Assembly (NCBI GenBank): GCA_024137785.1
Contig: JAHRHZ010000017.1
Location: forward strand, 10,355,251 to 10,419,250
DNA length: 64,000 nt
Direction: 5' to 3'
Origin: Ginglymostoma cirratum
Lineage: Eukaryota
The translations under genes and the position numbers were made by a program. Each line of letters starts with the position of its first letter. Position 1 is the stretch's first letter. Of this stretch, positions 25,101 through 37,100 are shown piece by piece. The notes beneath the pieces were generated by a model. That model was not told the DNA's origin. It saw only the letters and a list, made by a program, of their open reading frames with translations, and ran no database searches.

Positions 25101-28100
25101 CAGTCCAAAATGGACTACCACATATTCTGACATTACAATCCCTTGTTCTCCACGCCTCAGCCAGGTCAAACATCCTTCTTGCTTCCAGTCTCTCTAGCCC
25201 GTCAAAGTTTTACATGTTTCAATGAGATCGCTCTCATCCTGATTGACTGATTTCATTTGTTATCACGTGTACCTAAGTACAGTGAAAAGTTCTGTTTGCG
25301 AGCAATATAGGCAGATCATGATAAGCAAGGACATACAGATCACAGAGTGGAAAAAAAACTTGGACAGACTAAGGCATACAGGTTACACAGCATAGGATGT
25401 GGGCTAGGCAAGATCAACATTAACAAGATCAGCATTACAGTATTTGAAGTTATAGAGTCCATTCATCAGTCTAATAATGGCATGGAAGATGCTGTTCTTG
25501 AACCTGCTGATGCATGTGTTCATGCTTCTGTATCTTCTGCCTGACGGAAGAGGTTGTAGGAGAGCATTTCTGGGGTGGAATGGGTCTTTGATGATGTAGG
25601 CAGCCTTTCTGCAGCAACAAAATGTGTAAATGGAGTCCATGGATACGAGTTTGGTTTCTGTGATGGTCTGGGCCGTGCACACAACCTTCTGTAGTTTCTT
25701 GCGGTCCTGGGCACAGCAGTTGCCGTACCAGGCCATTATGCACCCAGACAGTATGCTTTCTATGGTGCATCTGTAAAAGTTGGTGAGGGACCTTATAGAC
25801 ATACCAAATTTCTTAAGCCACCTTCTTGGCGATCGCATCTACATGGGTAGTCCAGGACAAGTTGTCAGTTATCATCACTTCTAGGAACTTGACATTCTCA
25901 ACCCTCTCAACCTCTGACTCGTTGATGAAGATGGGGCTGGGGTCTCCTCCTTCCTTTCTGAAGTCAATGATTAGTTCTTTAGTTTTGCCGACCTAGAGAG
26001 AGAGAGGTTGTTCTCGTTGCACCATGTAACCAAGTCCTCTATCTCCTTCCTGTATTCTGACTCATCATTGTTTGTTATCCTTCCTACCACAGTGTGTTGT
26101 CAGCAAACTTGTAGATGGGACTTGTTCAGAATTTAGCAACACAGTTGTGTGTGTACATGGAGTACAGTAGGGGGCTGAGAACGCATCCTCGGGAGGGCTG
26201 TAGGATGGAGTGTTATTGTGGGGGAGGTGCAGTTGTCTATCTTCACTGACTGTGGTCTATGGATCAGAAAGCTGAGGATCCAGTTATACAGAGCAGAGCT
26301 GAGACCTAAGTCTTGGAGATTTTAGATCCGTCTGGAGGGGATAATGGTGTTGAAGGCGGAGCTGTAGTCGACGAGCAGGTGTGTGACATAGGTGTCCTTG
26401 TGGTCCAGATATTCCAAGGATGAGTGCAGGGCTGGGGAAATGGCGTCCTCTGTGGACCTGTTGCATCAGTAGGCAAACTGTAGGGGATTGAGGAAGGCTG
26501 GGAGACTGGAGTTGATGTGGGCCATGACCTGCCTCTCAAAGCACTTCAAAATTATGGAGGTCTGAGGCACTGGGCAGTAGTGATTAAGGCACATTGCATG
26601 TGTTTTCTTAGGTGCTGGGATGATGTTGGTCTTCTTGAAGCAGGTGGGTACTTTGGCTAGCAGGAGGGAGGGGTTGAAGATATCGCCAGCTGGTCCACAC
26701 AGGATCTGAGTGCATGGCTGGGGACACTGTCCGGGCCAGTCATTTTCCTTGGGTTGACTCCCAGGAAAACCAATCTGATGTCTGCAGTGGTGACCGAGGG
26801 AACAGGTGCGACTGGGGCTGTTGGGGCAGGTGACATCTCGCTGCTGGCATTCTGCTCGAACAGAGCTTAGAAAGCATTGAGCACATCAGGGAGGGATGTG
26901 TCTTTGTCTGCGATCTTGCTCTGCCTCATTGTGTATCCTGTTATGTTTCTGACTAGATTTGTACTCACTGCCTACTGAAGACCAGGCGTGCAGCACTTTC
27001 AATGTATTTTCAATCTATTTTCAATGTTTTTAAACAAAACTTCATCAAGTTGCCTCTTTTAGACATGCTGACATTTTTGTAAAGTTAACTGTCCAATTAC
27101 TTTGCAGAGCAGATCTTGCACTTAGTAATATTCAAATATATTTGGATCAGAAACTCAAAAGGGAGAAGACACAGGGACCAGGAGTGCATAAGGTTGGTTT
27201 GGGCCTTTAACTTGGTCCAGTACTGCCTCTTAGCATCTCTGATGGCTTTACATAGATCATATCTGGGTTTTCTGTATAGTTCTGGGTCATCCGACTTGAA
27301 TGCTGCACGCTTGGTCTACAGTAGACAGCGAGTACAGACCTAGTCAGATTCAATCATTAGAGATAAAAGGTACTGCAGATGCTGGAGAATCCGAGATAAC
27401 AAGCATGGGGCTGGATGAACACAGCAGGTCAAGCAGCATCATAGGAGCAGGAAAACTTGACGTTTCGGGCCTAAACCCTGTCAGTTGCAATAGTTAGCTA
27501 TGATGTTCTGGCATTGCTAGCGAGCAGTGACCAAACAGATAATTACTAGGAATAAGTCCCTGGATTGTTTTTGCAGGAAACCAAGGTATAGATGCAGTTT
27601 GTATGGAGATGAGAAATGGTGAAGGCAAGAGGTCACTTGTGATGTACAGGGCCCCTGATGCATCCTTGATAAACAAGAATGTGAAAGGCTATGAGGATAA
27701 GTGGGAATGTGGAATAATCAGATCAGCCATAATCTTATTGAATGGTGAAGGAGGCTTGAGGGTATGTAGGGCCTTCTGCTCCTAATTCCTCTGTTGACAT
27801 ATCAGCATTTTTAGGTTACTCAGAGGTGGTGGATTGACATTTGATTAAAAATATCTTGTACGACAAACCTACTCGCAATGGTTTTAAACAAAACTTCATC
27901 CAGTTGCCTCTTTTAGACATACTGAGGTTTTCATAAAGTTAGCTGTCCAATTACTTTGCATGGCAGATTTTGCATTTAGCAATATGCAAATGTACTTGAA
28001 CAAGAAACTCAGAAGGGAGAAGATACTATTCCACCTGGAATTGACATTTGCATTCAAACAGAAACGCTAACCACAAACACTGCCTAAATTGTTGAAAAAA

Positions 28101-31100
28101 GATGCAAATACATATTTAAGTAAATTAAACAATATGAATCCAAATAATAACTTACACAGAATAAAATATTGCTTGCTTCTGCATTTCCTATTCTTCAGTT
28201 TATAATAGACAAATTGTGAGATCATCATATTGTCAAGGGTAACATAAAAATTAGCTGTAACAGTCTGTAATGAAAACAACACATTATAAGTTAATTGTTA
28301 TAAATTCCCAATAGAAGGTTCGCTATGCAAATAAGTTGTAGAAAGTGAAATTAGCATATCCATTATCACTAAATAACTCATTATGCTACCACGTAATATA
28401 AATGATCATTACAACAAAACTAGTTTATGGCTTTATCTCAACATACTTAAACATGCTTATAATATGATGCATAACATAAGAAGTATTATATTTTCTGAAG
28501 TTTCATCAACTTATGTCAGCATCAAGGATCTACTGTGAGTTAAACGGTGTAAGCAATGAGGCATTCTATCTTGAACATAGCTATACGTTGTCTTTCACTG
28601 CTATATCTCTTAGTTGCATAGTGATAATATGTTTGATTAATGACTTCTCCAGCCATCTGAGATCGGGTTCTCAGTTGCAATAGTTAGCTATGATGTTCTG
28701 GCATTGCTAGCGAGCAGTGACCAAACAGATAATTACTAGGAATAAGTCCCTGGATTGTTTTTGCAGAAAGAAAATTAGTCATGTGCTCTGGTTTTTATAT
28801 AGCAGAAGCAGGAACATTTCATTTAAATTATATTTGGAACTGCTATAGACCCAAAACAAAACCAGAAAGAAAAAACATAATGCGAGGAAGGAGAGATTGT
28901 TTCTCACAAAGAGTTTATGGGAGAGGCCTGCCTACGAGTTTGTCGAGTGTTGATGGCTCTGAAGAGACTTTTTCTCGTTTGCAACTTTTATGGTCCAAAA
29001 AAAATGCACAGTTGTATCAGAGATAAGAGGTACTGCAGATGCTGGAGAATCCGAGATAACAAGCATGGGGCTGGATGAAATGCACAGTTGTAGCTGTTTA
29101 AATAAGGACAGGGATCAGTATTTCTTTTCTCAGACCCAGACATTTGAAAGTTGATTGATAGAGATTTGAAGAGGAGGCTTTTTCCAGTTCATGGTAGCTT
29201 CAGCTCAGTGCTTCTTTTATAAAAGATTTTAATTTTTTTAATTATAATTTTCTTATTTACATACTTAAGATTAAAATCTATGGTTAAGGAAGTTTTTTTT
29301 TAAATATCTAAGGCTCTTTTAAGGGCGTCTTTTGAGGTATAATGTCACTGAGGCTTATGGAAGACACAGGGAGGTATGGTTAGTAGATTTAGAGAGAGGT
29401 GGTTACACAGCAGCATCAGTCAAGTACATGGGTGGCTGTCAGAAAAAGCAAGAAGGTTGTTCACAAGTCTCCTGCGGCTATGCCTTTCTCAAACAGATAT
29501 TCCGTTTTGGGTACTCTTAGTTGGGGGGGGGGGGGCGCACGGGGAGTAGCCTCCCACAGGAAAATAGAAGTGGCAGTCAGAAAATGGGCACCAAGAATGA
29601 ATTTATGTTAAGTAGGGTTTGCCAAGATTTAAAAGAATAATTGTTATAGGGAACTCTCCCATTGGGGCACAGACTGGAGATTCTGTGACAATGACCACGA
29701 AGCCAGGATAGTACATTGCTTTCCTGGTGCCAGGGTCACGGATGTCTCAAAACGATTGAAGTATATTGTCAAAGGAGATAGGGAGAAGCTGGAAGTTGTT
29801 GTATATATCAGTAAGAATGACATAGTTAAGGAAAAGGTTAAGGCTTTGCAGAGTGAATACAGGAGGTTAGATAGAAAGTTAAAAACAGAACATCAGAAGG
29901 TAGTAATCTCTGGTTAGTCCCGGTGTCACATTCTAATGAGAGTAGGAATACAAAGAAAGGGCAGGTAAATCAATAGCTGAAGACATGGTGCAATATTCAA
30001 GGGTCCAGATGTTTGGATCATTGGGATCTCTTCTAGAACAAAAAAGGCCTGTTCAAAACAGATGGGTTTTACCTCAGGGGGCAATGTCCTAGTGGGGAGA
30101 TTTGCTACTGCTATTTCAAGAGCCTTTGAACTAGTGGGTTGGGGCGTGGGGGGGGGAATGCGGCTGCAGATCCTAACTAACAGTGAAAATACAAAGGAGG
30201 TGAGGATGGTTTGAAATCAAAAAAGAACAAGTTAATTAGAAAAGACAGAAAAGAGCAAGTCAGAGAGCAAGGTGACTCTGAAGAATTAAACTACATTTAT
30301 TTCAATGCAAGGGCTTGCAGGTAAGGCCGATGAATTTACAGCATGTATGGGAACATGGGACCGGGACGTCATAGATATTACAGAAACTTGGCTGAGGGAA
30401 GGACAGGACTCGCAGCTCAGTGTTCTGGGTTTTAGATCTGTTAGGAAGAATAGAAAGGGAGGCAAGGGAGGGTGGTGTTTTTGATTAAGGAAAACATTAC
30501 TACTGAACTTAGAGAGGAGATTTCTGAGGGATCATCCAGTGAAGCTATATGGGTGGAACTTAGAAATAAGAAAGGGATTATCTCCCTGATGGGATGGCAG
30601 TATAGAAGCCACCCCATGGTCAGAGGGAAATTAGGAAGCAAATATGTAGAGAGATCTCAGATAGATTTAAGAATATTAGGGCTGTAATAGTGGGGGATTT
30701 TTAATTTACCAAATATTGACTGAGACTACTATAGTGTTAAGGGCTTGGGTGGTGAGGAATTTGTTGAATGCATTCAAGATAATTTTCTTTATTAATGTTC
30801 AAATGTACCTTATACTGAAGGAGCAAAATCTGACCTCCTCTAGGGAAGCAAGGCAGGGCAAGTGAGTGAAGTGTCAGTCGGGGGTTCACTTTGGAACTAG
30901 TGATCGTAATTCTATTAGTTTTAAAATAGTTATGGAAAAGGATAGGCTGTTAAAGTTCTTAATTGGAGTAAGGCAAACTTGAATGATGAGAAAGGAACTT
31001 TCAAAAAAATTGATTAGAGTGGGCTGTTCGCAGGTAAAGTGATGACTGAGAAGTGGGAGGCTTTCAAAAGAGTGATAATGAGAGTTGAGAGGTATTATGC

Positions 31101-34100
31101 TTCTGCTCGAGTAAAGGGTAAGGCTGATAAGAGTAGGGTACAATGGATAAATAAAGATATTGAGGTTCTGGTCAAGAATAAGAAAAAGCCATATTAGATC
31201 TAGACAACTGGAATCAAACAAATCTCTTGAAGAGTGTAGTGGGTGTTAAGAGGGAAATCAGGAAGGAAAAAGGGGGGTATGAGAGATCCTTAACCTTGTC
31301 TGCCAAGGCTGAGCCAAAGAGATTCTACAAGTATATTAAGAGCAAAAGAGCAACTAGGGAGAAAATAGGGCCCCTTAAAGATCAACAAGGCCATCTATGT
31401 GTTGAACATCAGGAAATGGGCATGATACTAAATGAATATTTCGCATCAGGTTTTACTGTGAAGAAAGAAATGGAAGCTAGAGAACTCAGAAATAAATACT
31501 GATGTTTTGAAAACAGTTCACATTACAGAAGAGGAAGTGCTGTAGTCTTAAAAAACAAAGGTGGATAAATTTCTGGGAACCTGATCAAAGGTATCCCAGG
31601 GTGTTTTGGGAACATAGGGAAGAAATTGCAGGGCTCGTAGCAAGAACATTTGTATCATCAATAACCATGGGTGAGGTGCTCGAAGATTGGAGGGTGGCTA
31701 ATGTTATGCTTTTATTTAAGAAAGGCTGCGAGGAGAAGTGTGGGATCTATGGGCCTGAGGAGTGTGACATTGGTGGTGGGTAAGTTATTGGAGGTGATTC
31801 TGAAAGGTAGGATTTATGTGCATTTGGAGAGGCAAGGACTGATTAAGGATAGTCAGCACAGCTTTGTGCAAGGAAAATCATGTCTCACAAACTTGAATGA
31901 GTTTTTTGAGGAAGTAACCAAAAAAAATTGATGAAGGCAGAGTGGTAGGCATTGTTTACATGGACTTTAGTAGAGCCTTTGACAAAATTCCAGATGGTAA
32001 ACTAATCAGTACAGTTAGATCACAACAAATTCAGGGATAGTTTGCCAATTGAATACAAAATTGGCTTGATGGTAGGCGACAGAGGGTGCTGGCGGTGGTG
32101 GAAGGTTGTTTTCCTGACTGGAGGCCTGTGACCAGCAGAGTTCCACAGGGATCAGTACTGGGTTCACTTTTGCTTGTCATTTATATAAACGATTTGGATG
32201 AGAATTTAGAAGGCGTAGTTGGTAAGTTTGCAGATGACACCAAGATGGTGGCAGACTGGACAGTGAAAAAAGGTTATCTAAGATTACAAAGAGATCTTCA
32301 TCAATTGGGTCAACAGGCTGAGGAATGGCAAATGAAGTTATGTTTGGATAACCGCGAGGTATTGCATTTTGATAAAATAAATAAGGGCAGGACTTACACA
32401 ATTATTGGTAGAGCCCTGGGTAGAGTTGTAGAACAGAGAGACCCAGGGGTTCAGGTACATGATTCTTTGAAATTTATGTCACATGTAGACAGGGTGACTA
32501 AGAAGGCATTTAGTACGCATGCCTCCTTTGCTCAGTCCTTTGCCTATAGGAGTTGGGGTGGCCTATTGAGGTTGTACAAGCATCGTTGAGGCCTTTCTGG
32601 AGTTCAATGTGCAGTTCTGGTCACTCTGCTATAGGAAGGATATTATTAAATTGGAAAGGGTTCAGAAAAGATTTGCCAGGACGTTGCCAGGAATGGAAGG
32701 TTTGAGTTATAAAGATAGGCTGGGACTTTTCTCACTGGAGCATAGGAGGTTGAGGGTTGACATTATAAAGGTTTAAAAGTCACGAAAGGCATAGATAAGG
32801 GGCGAATAGCAAGGGTCTTTTCCCCAGGGTTGGGCAAGTTCAAAACTAAGGGCCATATTTTTAAGGTGAGAGGAGAAAGATTTAAAAAGGACACAAGGGG
32901 CAACTTTTTTTATGCAGATCGTGGTTCGTATGTGGAATGAACTGCCGCAGGAAGTGGTGGCTGCAGGTAAAATGTTACAACATTTACAAGACATTCGATA
33001 AGTACATAAATAGGAAAGATTTGGAGGGATATGGGCCAAATGCAAGCAAGTGGGACTAGTTTGGTTTGAGAACATGGTCGACATGGACTAGTTGGACGGA
33101 AGGGTCCGTTTCCACGCTGCAAGACTGTGAATCTATGGTTTTGAATCTAATATTTTTCCAGTGTCAAAATGGTTAAAACAAGGGAGGTTTGAAATAAAAA
33201 CAAGTTGCAATCAGATTGGTTCAATGGAAACTTACTTACCAATTGGCAAAAACTATTTTAGTTCAATTTTATGGCTGGTCTTCTGAAATTGCAGAACTAA
33301 GTTATCATCTATTCAATTTGGTGCATTGAAGAGAAAGGAACAAATCAGAATATTGTGTCTCCTCCTTCAACATTCTTTAATCTTGCTTTCTGAGTGGAAT
33401 TTGCACATTCTCCCTGAGTCTGTGTAAGTTTCCTCTGGGTGCTCCAGTTTCCTCCCACAGTCAAAAGATGTGTAGGTTAAGTGGATTAAAAATGCTGGGT
33501 GAGATACACTTGAGGGACTTGATGGGCCAGATGGCCTGCTTCCACACTGTAAGAGTTCTGTGATTTATATTTTTTAAATTTATAATACGAAATCTAATAT
33601 CTATGCTAAACTTTGATTCTTAGAAATAACACATTTATTTACCTGAATTAGCAGCTGATTGGTCAAATAGCAGCCAATAAAATTGGTAATGTCACCACAG
33701 ACCCAACAAAGCAGAAATCCCACTGACAATGCGTGATCCACCTTCTCATTCTTGTAAGCGACATACATTTGCCTAAATAACAATGAAATTGGTAATAGTG
33801 CAGTTTTATTTTTATAGAATAGAATTTTGTGTGACATTTATTAAATATATACAAACCCTTCCCTTGTTTGGCTGTTAACAATGCTCATAAACAGACTCTG
33901 AAACATCTCTTAAATAAAGAGTGCAATGCTGTTACATTAGATTATTTGTCCAAATTTGTGCAAATATCAATAATATAAATGTAAAATATTAATATTTTCA
34001 CAAATATGTTTACTCAGAATTTGCAAATTTAATCACTCTAACTTCTGACCAGCTTTCAATCTGTAATTATTGCAGGTTTCAAATGTTACTTGATAATGCA

Positions 34101-37100
34101 GGTGAATGGAGAGTAGAGGAGAACAAGAGTGGTGTAATAAGTTCTTTACTCAACGCACTGTGTTTACAGGTGAAGGAATAGTGTTTGGAAGCCGAAGTGC
34201 AAATATCGGTTGGATAAATGGCAAACCATGGTGCTTTGGCTCTTTGTCAAAAATGTGAAGAAATTAATGAAACAAAATAAAAAAAGTGCTCAAGCCATCA
34301 ACCCTTGTACCCTTTACCACCCCCAAAAGTACCCATTTCTCATACCAACCCATGCCACTTCATTCCATGACCTAACCCCCAGGGCACTCATACTATCCAA
34401 CTCACCAGTGTAATCACAAATTCTCAATGTCCTCCACTCATCCCATGGTTGTTTAAAGCCCAAATACTAATCTATGACCCTCCACCCAATTTTCTATGGT
34501 CCTTTATAACACTTATTCCAATCCTGCCATCCCGTCACCCTCCTGGCTCTTTTTCCCCACACTATCACACTGCTTACTCATGTCAACCAATTCCACTCTC
34601 TTTGGCCTCACACCTACCATTCCAAATTACCATGTAAAATTCAGGAAACATATGAAATTAAATAATGTTGCATCTTTTGCTAAATTCACACTTATAAACA
34701 ACACTGATTGAAAAAAATGACTACCTTCAATGTCCTTTAACCCCTTAAAAAAACAAGTATCTTCAAAAACTTTATAACCACTTGGAGCTGTCAATCAAAC
34801 ATAAACCGACAGACACCCCATTGTGATAATGAAAGGATATGACTTCTCTCATGCAGCATTCATTTTTTTTAAACACACGTTAACATTCACTTTTAACAAT
34901 CACAGAGGGCACTTTACTTCTCCCAAAAGTTATAGTCATTGAGTCAGAGCAGCACAGAAAACAGCTCTTTGGCCTATCATTGACAATGTTGGTCACCAAG
35001 CACCTGTCTACTCTATTCTCATTTCCCAGCACTTGGTATGTAGCCTTGTATGCTATGGCATTTCAGGTGTTAATCTAAATTTGTCTTAAATGTTGTGATG
35101 TTTCCTGTCTCTAACACCATTTCAGATGGTATGTTCCAGATACCAACCACCCTCTGGGAGAAACAATTTGTCCTTAAATCCTCTCCTTACCTTAAATATG
35201 TGTCTGTCAGTAATTGGGTGCCTTTTAGTCCTATTGACCCAATCATGCCCCTCCTAATCTTATGGGCCTAAATCAGGTGTCCCCTGCTCCAAAAATGATA
35301 TCAAAAAAGTATCGCGCCTCTCCAAAAGGGTACCTTGCCTCCCCAAGGAACTCAACTCCGCCCCCTGCGCTGCAAAACAGTAGGATCTGAGCTCAGGGAC
35401 ACCTCATGGATGCCTCCACTGAGATGTAGAGCCTCTCCATCCACCTAAAAATATTAGTCAAAGGGTGGAATTTAATGGGCCTGACAATGAAAATATTGCC
35501 ACAACTATTTCCAAGAAATCCAGTCAGAATTAAACCCCAATTAGACAGTCCATTGTGTACAGACTATCTCTTTTCATTTTTCCTGTATTTCAATTGTGAA
35601 CTAAATAGAGAAAAGGGCTGCTTTAAAACCAAGGATTGCTGACTGGTTACTGCATGCTTATGAAAACGCATAACCTGATAATCGTTGAAAGAAAAACAAA
35701 TTCCTGGAGAAACTCTGCAGATCTGGTAATACCTCTGGAGGGAAGACAGAGGTAATGTTTTGGGTCTAGTGATCAACCTTCTGAACTCAGTTTAAGTACT
35801 ATTTACACAGCTGCTTGTTCAAGCAGTAGTAGGAGAAGGTTACAAAGGAGTCAGAGCCAAGGGAGTATAAACAGAGATTCAGTTGGCAACAAGTTACGAA
35901 TTGTTCTGTGGATTACTGACCAGTTATCAACAAATTCCGTCTGCCTACCAACAACTATGTGATTGGCTCCCAGATGGCTGAACAGCTTAAAGCTGTGAAC
36001 AAGATAGGGAGAGGACATCAAATCTCCATAAACCCAGGAGCTGTCTCTGTTCTCTGCAGCAAAAAAAAAGTACTGGTTATACCTGAAGAAAATCAATTAA
36101 ACTTAACTTCAGCAATGGCTGCAAGGTAAGACTTTATAAATCAGGGGCCTTCTTAAATGTAGACCTGTCAACCTGTGCCGCCTGCAAACAAGTGAAGGCT
36201 TCTGGAGAAAGAAGACCATGAAGCAGGGTTCTGTGCAACACAAGAATCATGTCGACAGATCCTGTGAATGGGGACCATTGAGTGTGTGTGGTGGGTGTAT
36301 GTACGAAGTCCGTGTGCTCACATGGATGTGGAGGTGAGGGTGGGGAGGTGGGTGCATGCAAGTGCATCTCAAGAAGGGTGTGTAGCTGAGGAAGGATCTT
36401 GTTGCTATAGAGGGAATGCTGCGATGTCTTACCAGTCTGATTCCTGGGTTGGCAGGAACCCAGGAGATGTTGAATCGGTTGGGATTATATTCGCTGGAGT
36501 TTAGATGAACAACATGGTGTGATCAGGAACAGCTCTTCCGGTGAAGTAGCCGATAGAAGACAACTTAAGCTATAACTTGTGTGCTATATCTTGGACAGCA
36601 TTATAATTACTGATTCTGACCCTTTCTAGTGATGGGAAACTCAAATCAGCCAAAAGGAGCTATCAGACAGAGGCAAGACATCTCTGTCCAAAGCTGGTGT
36701 TTACACAATAGAATTTGGATATTTCTCACCTTCCCTGAACAAAAAGACAAAAAAAAAAAGTTCAAATTACTTGATTTTAATTTGTTGCACTAGTTGTACA
36801 TTAAATTCCTATTAAAACAGTTTCTTATGAACCTTGAAAAGACAAAATGTCTTTGATAAATTACAATTTGCATTCATGGAATTCCCTCCCTAATGACACT
36901 GTGCATCAATTTACCCCACATGGTTCAAGGTGGCAGCTCACCATTACTTTCTTGAGGGCAACTAAGGTTGGGCAATAACTGCTGGTCCAACCAGTGAAAT
37001 CCATACCCCACGAATAAATTAAAAAAAAACATACACATGAAGCTCCCTAGTAAGAAAAGTAAAAATATACAAAAAAAAAATTCCGAGGCACAAAGTTGAT

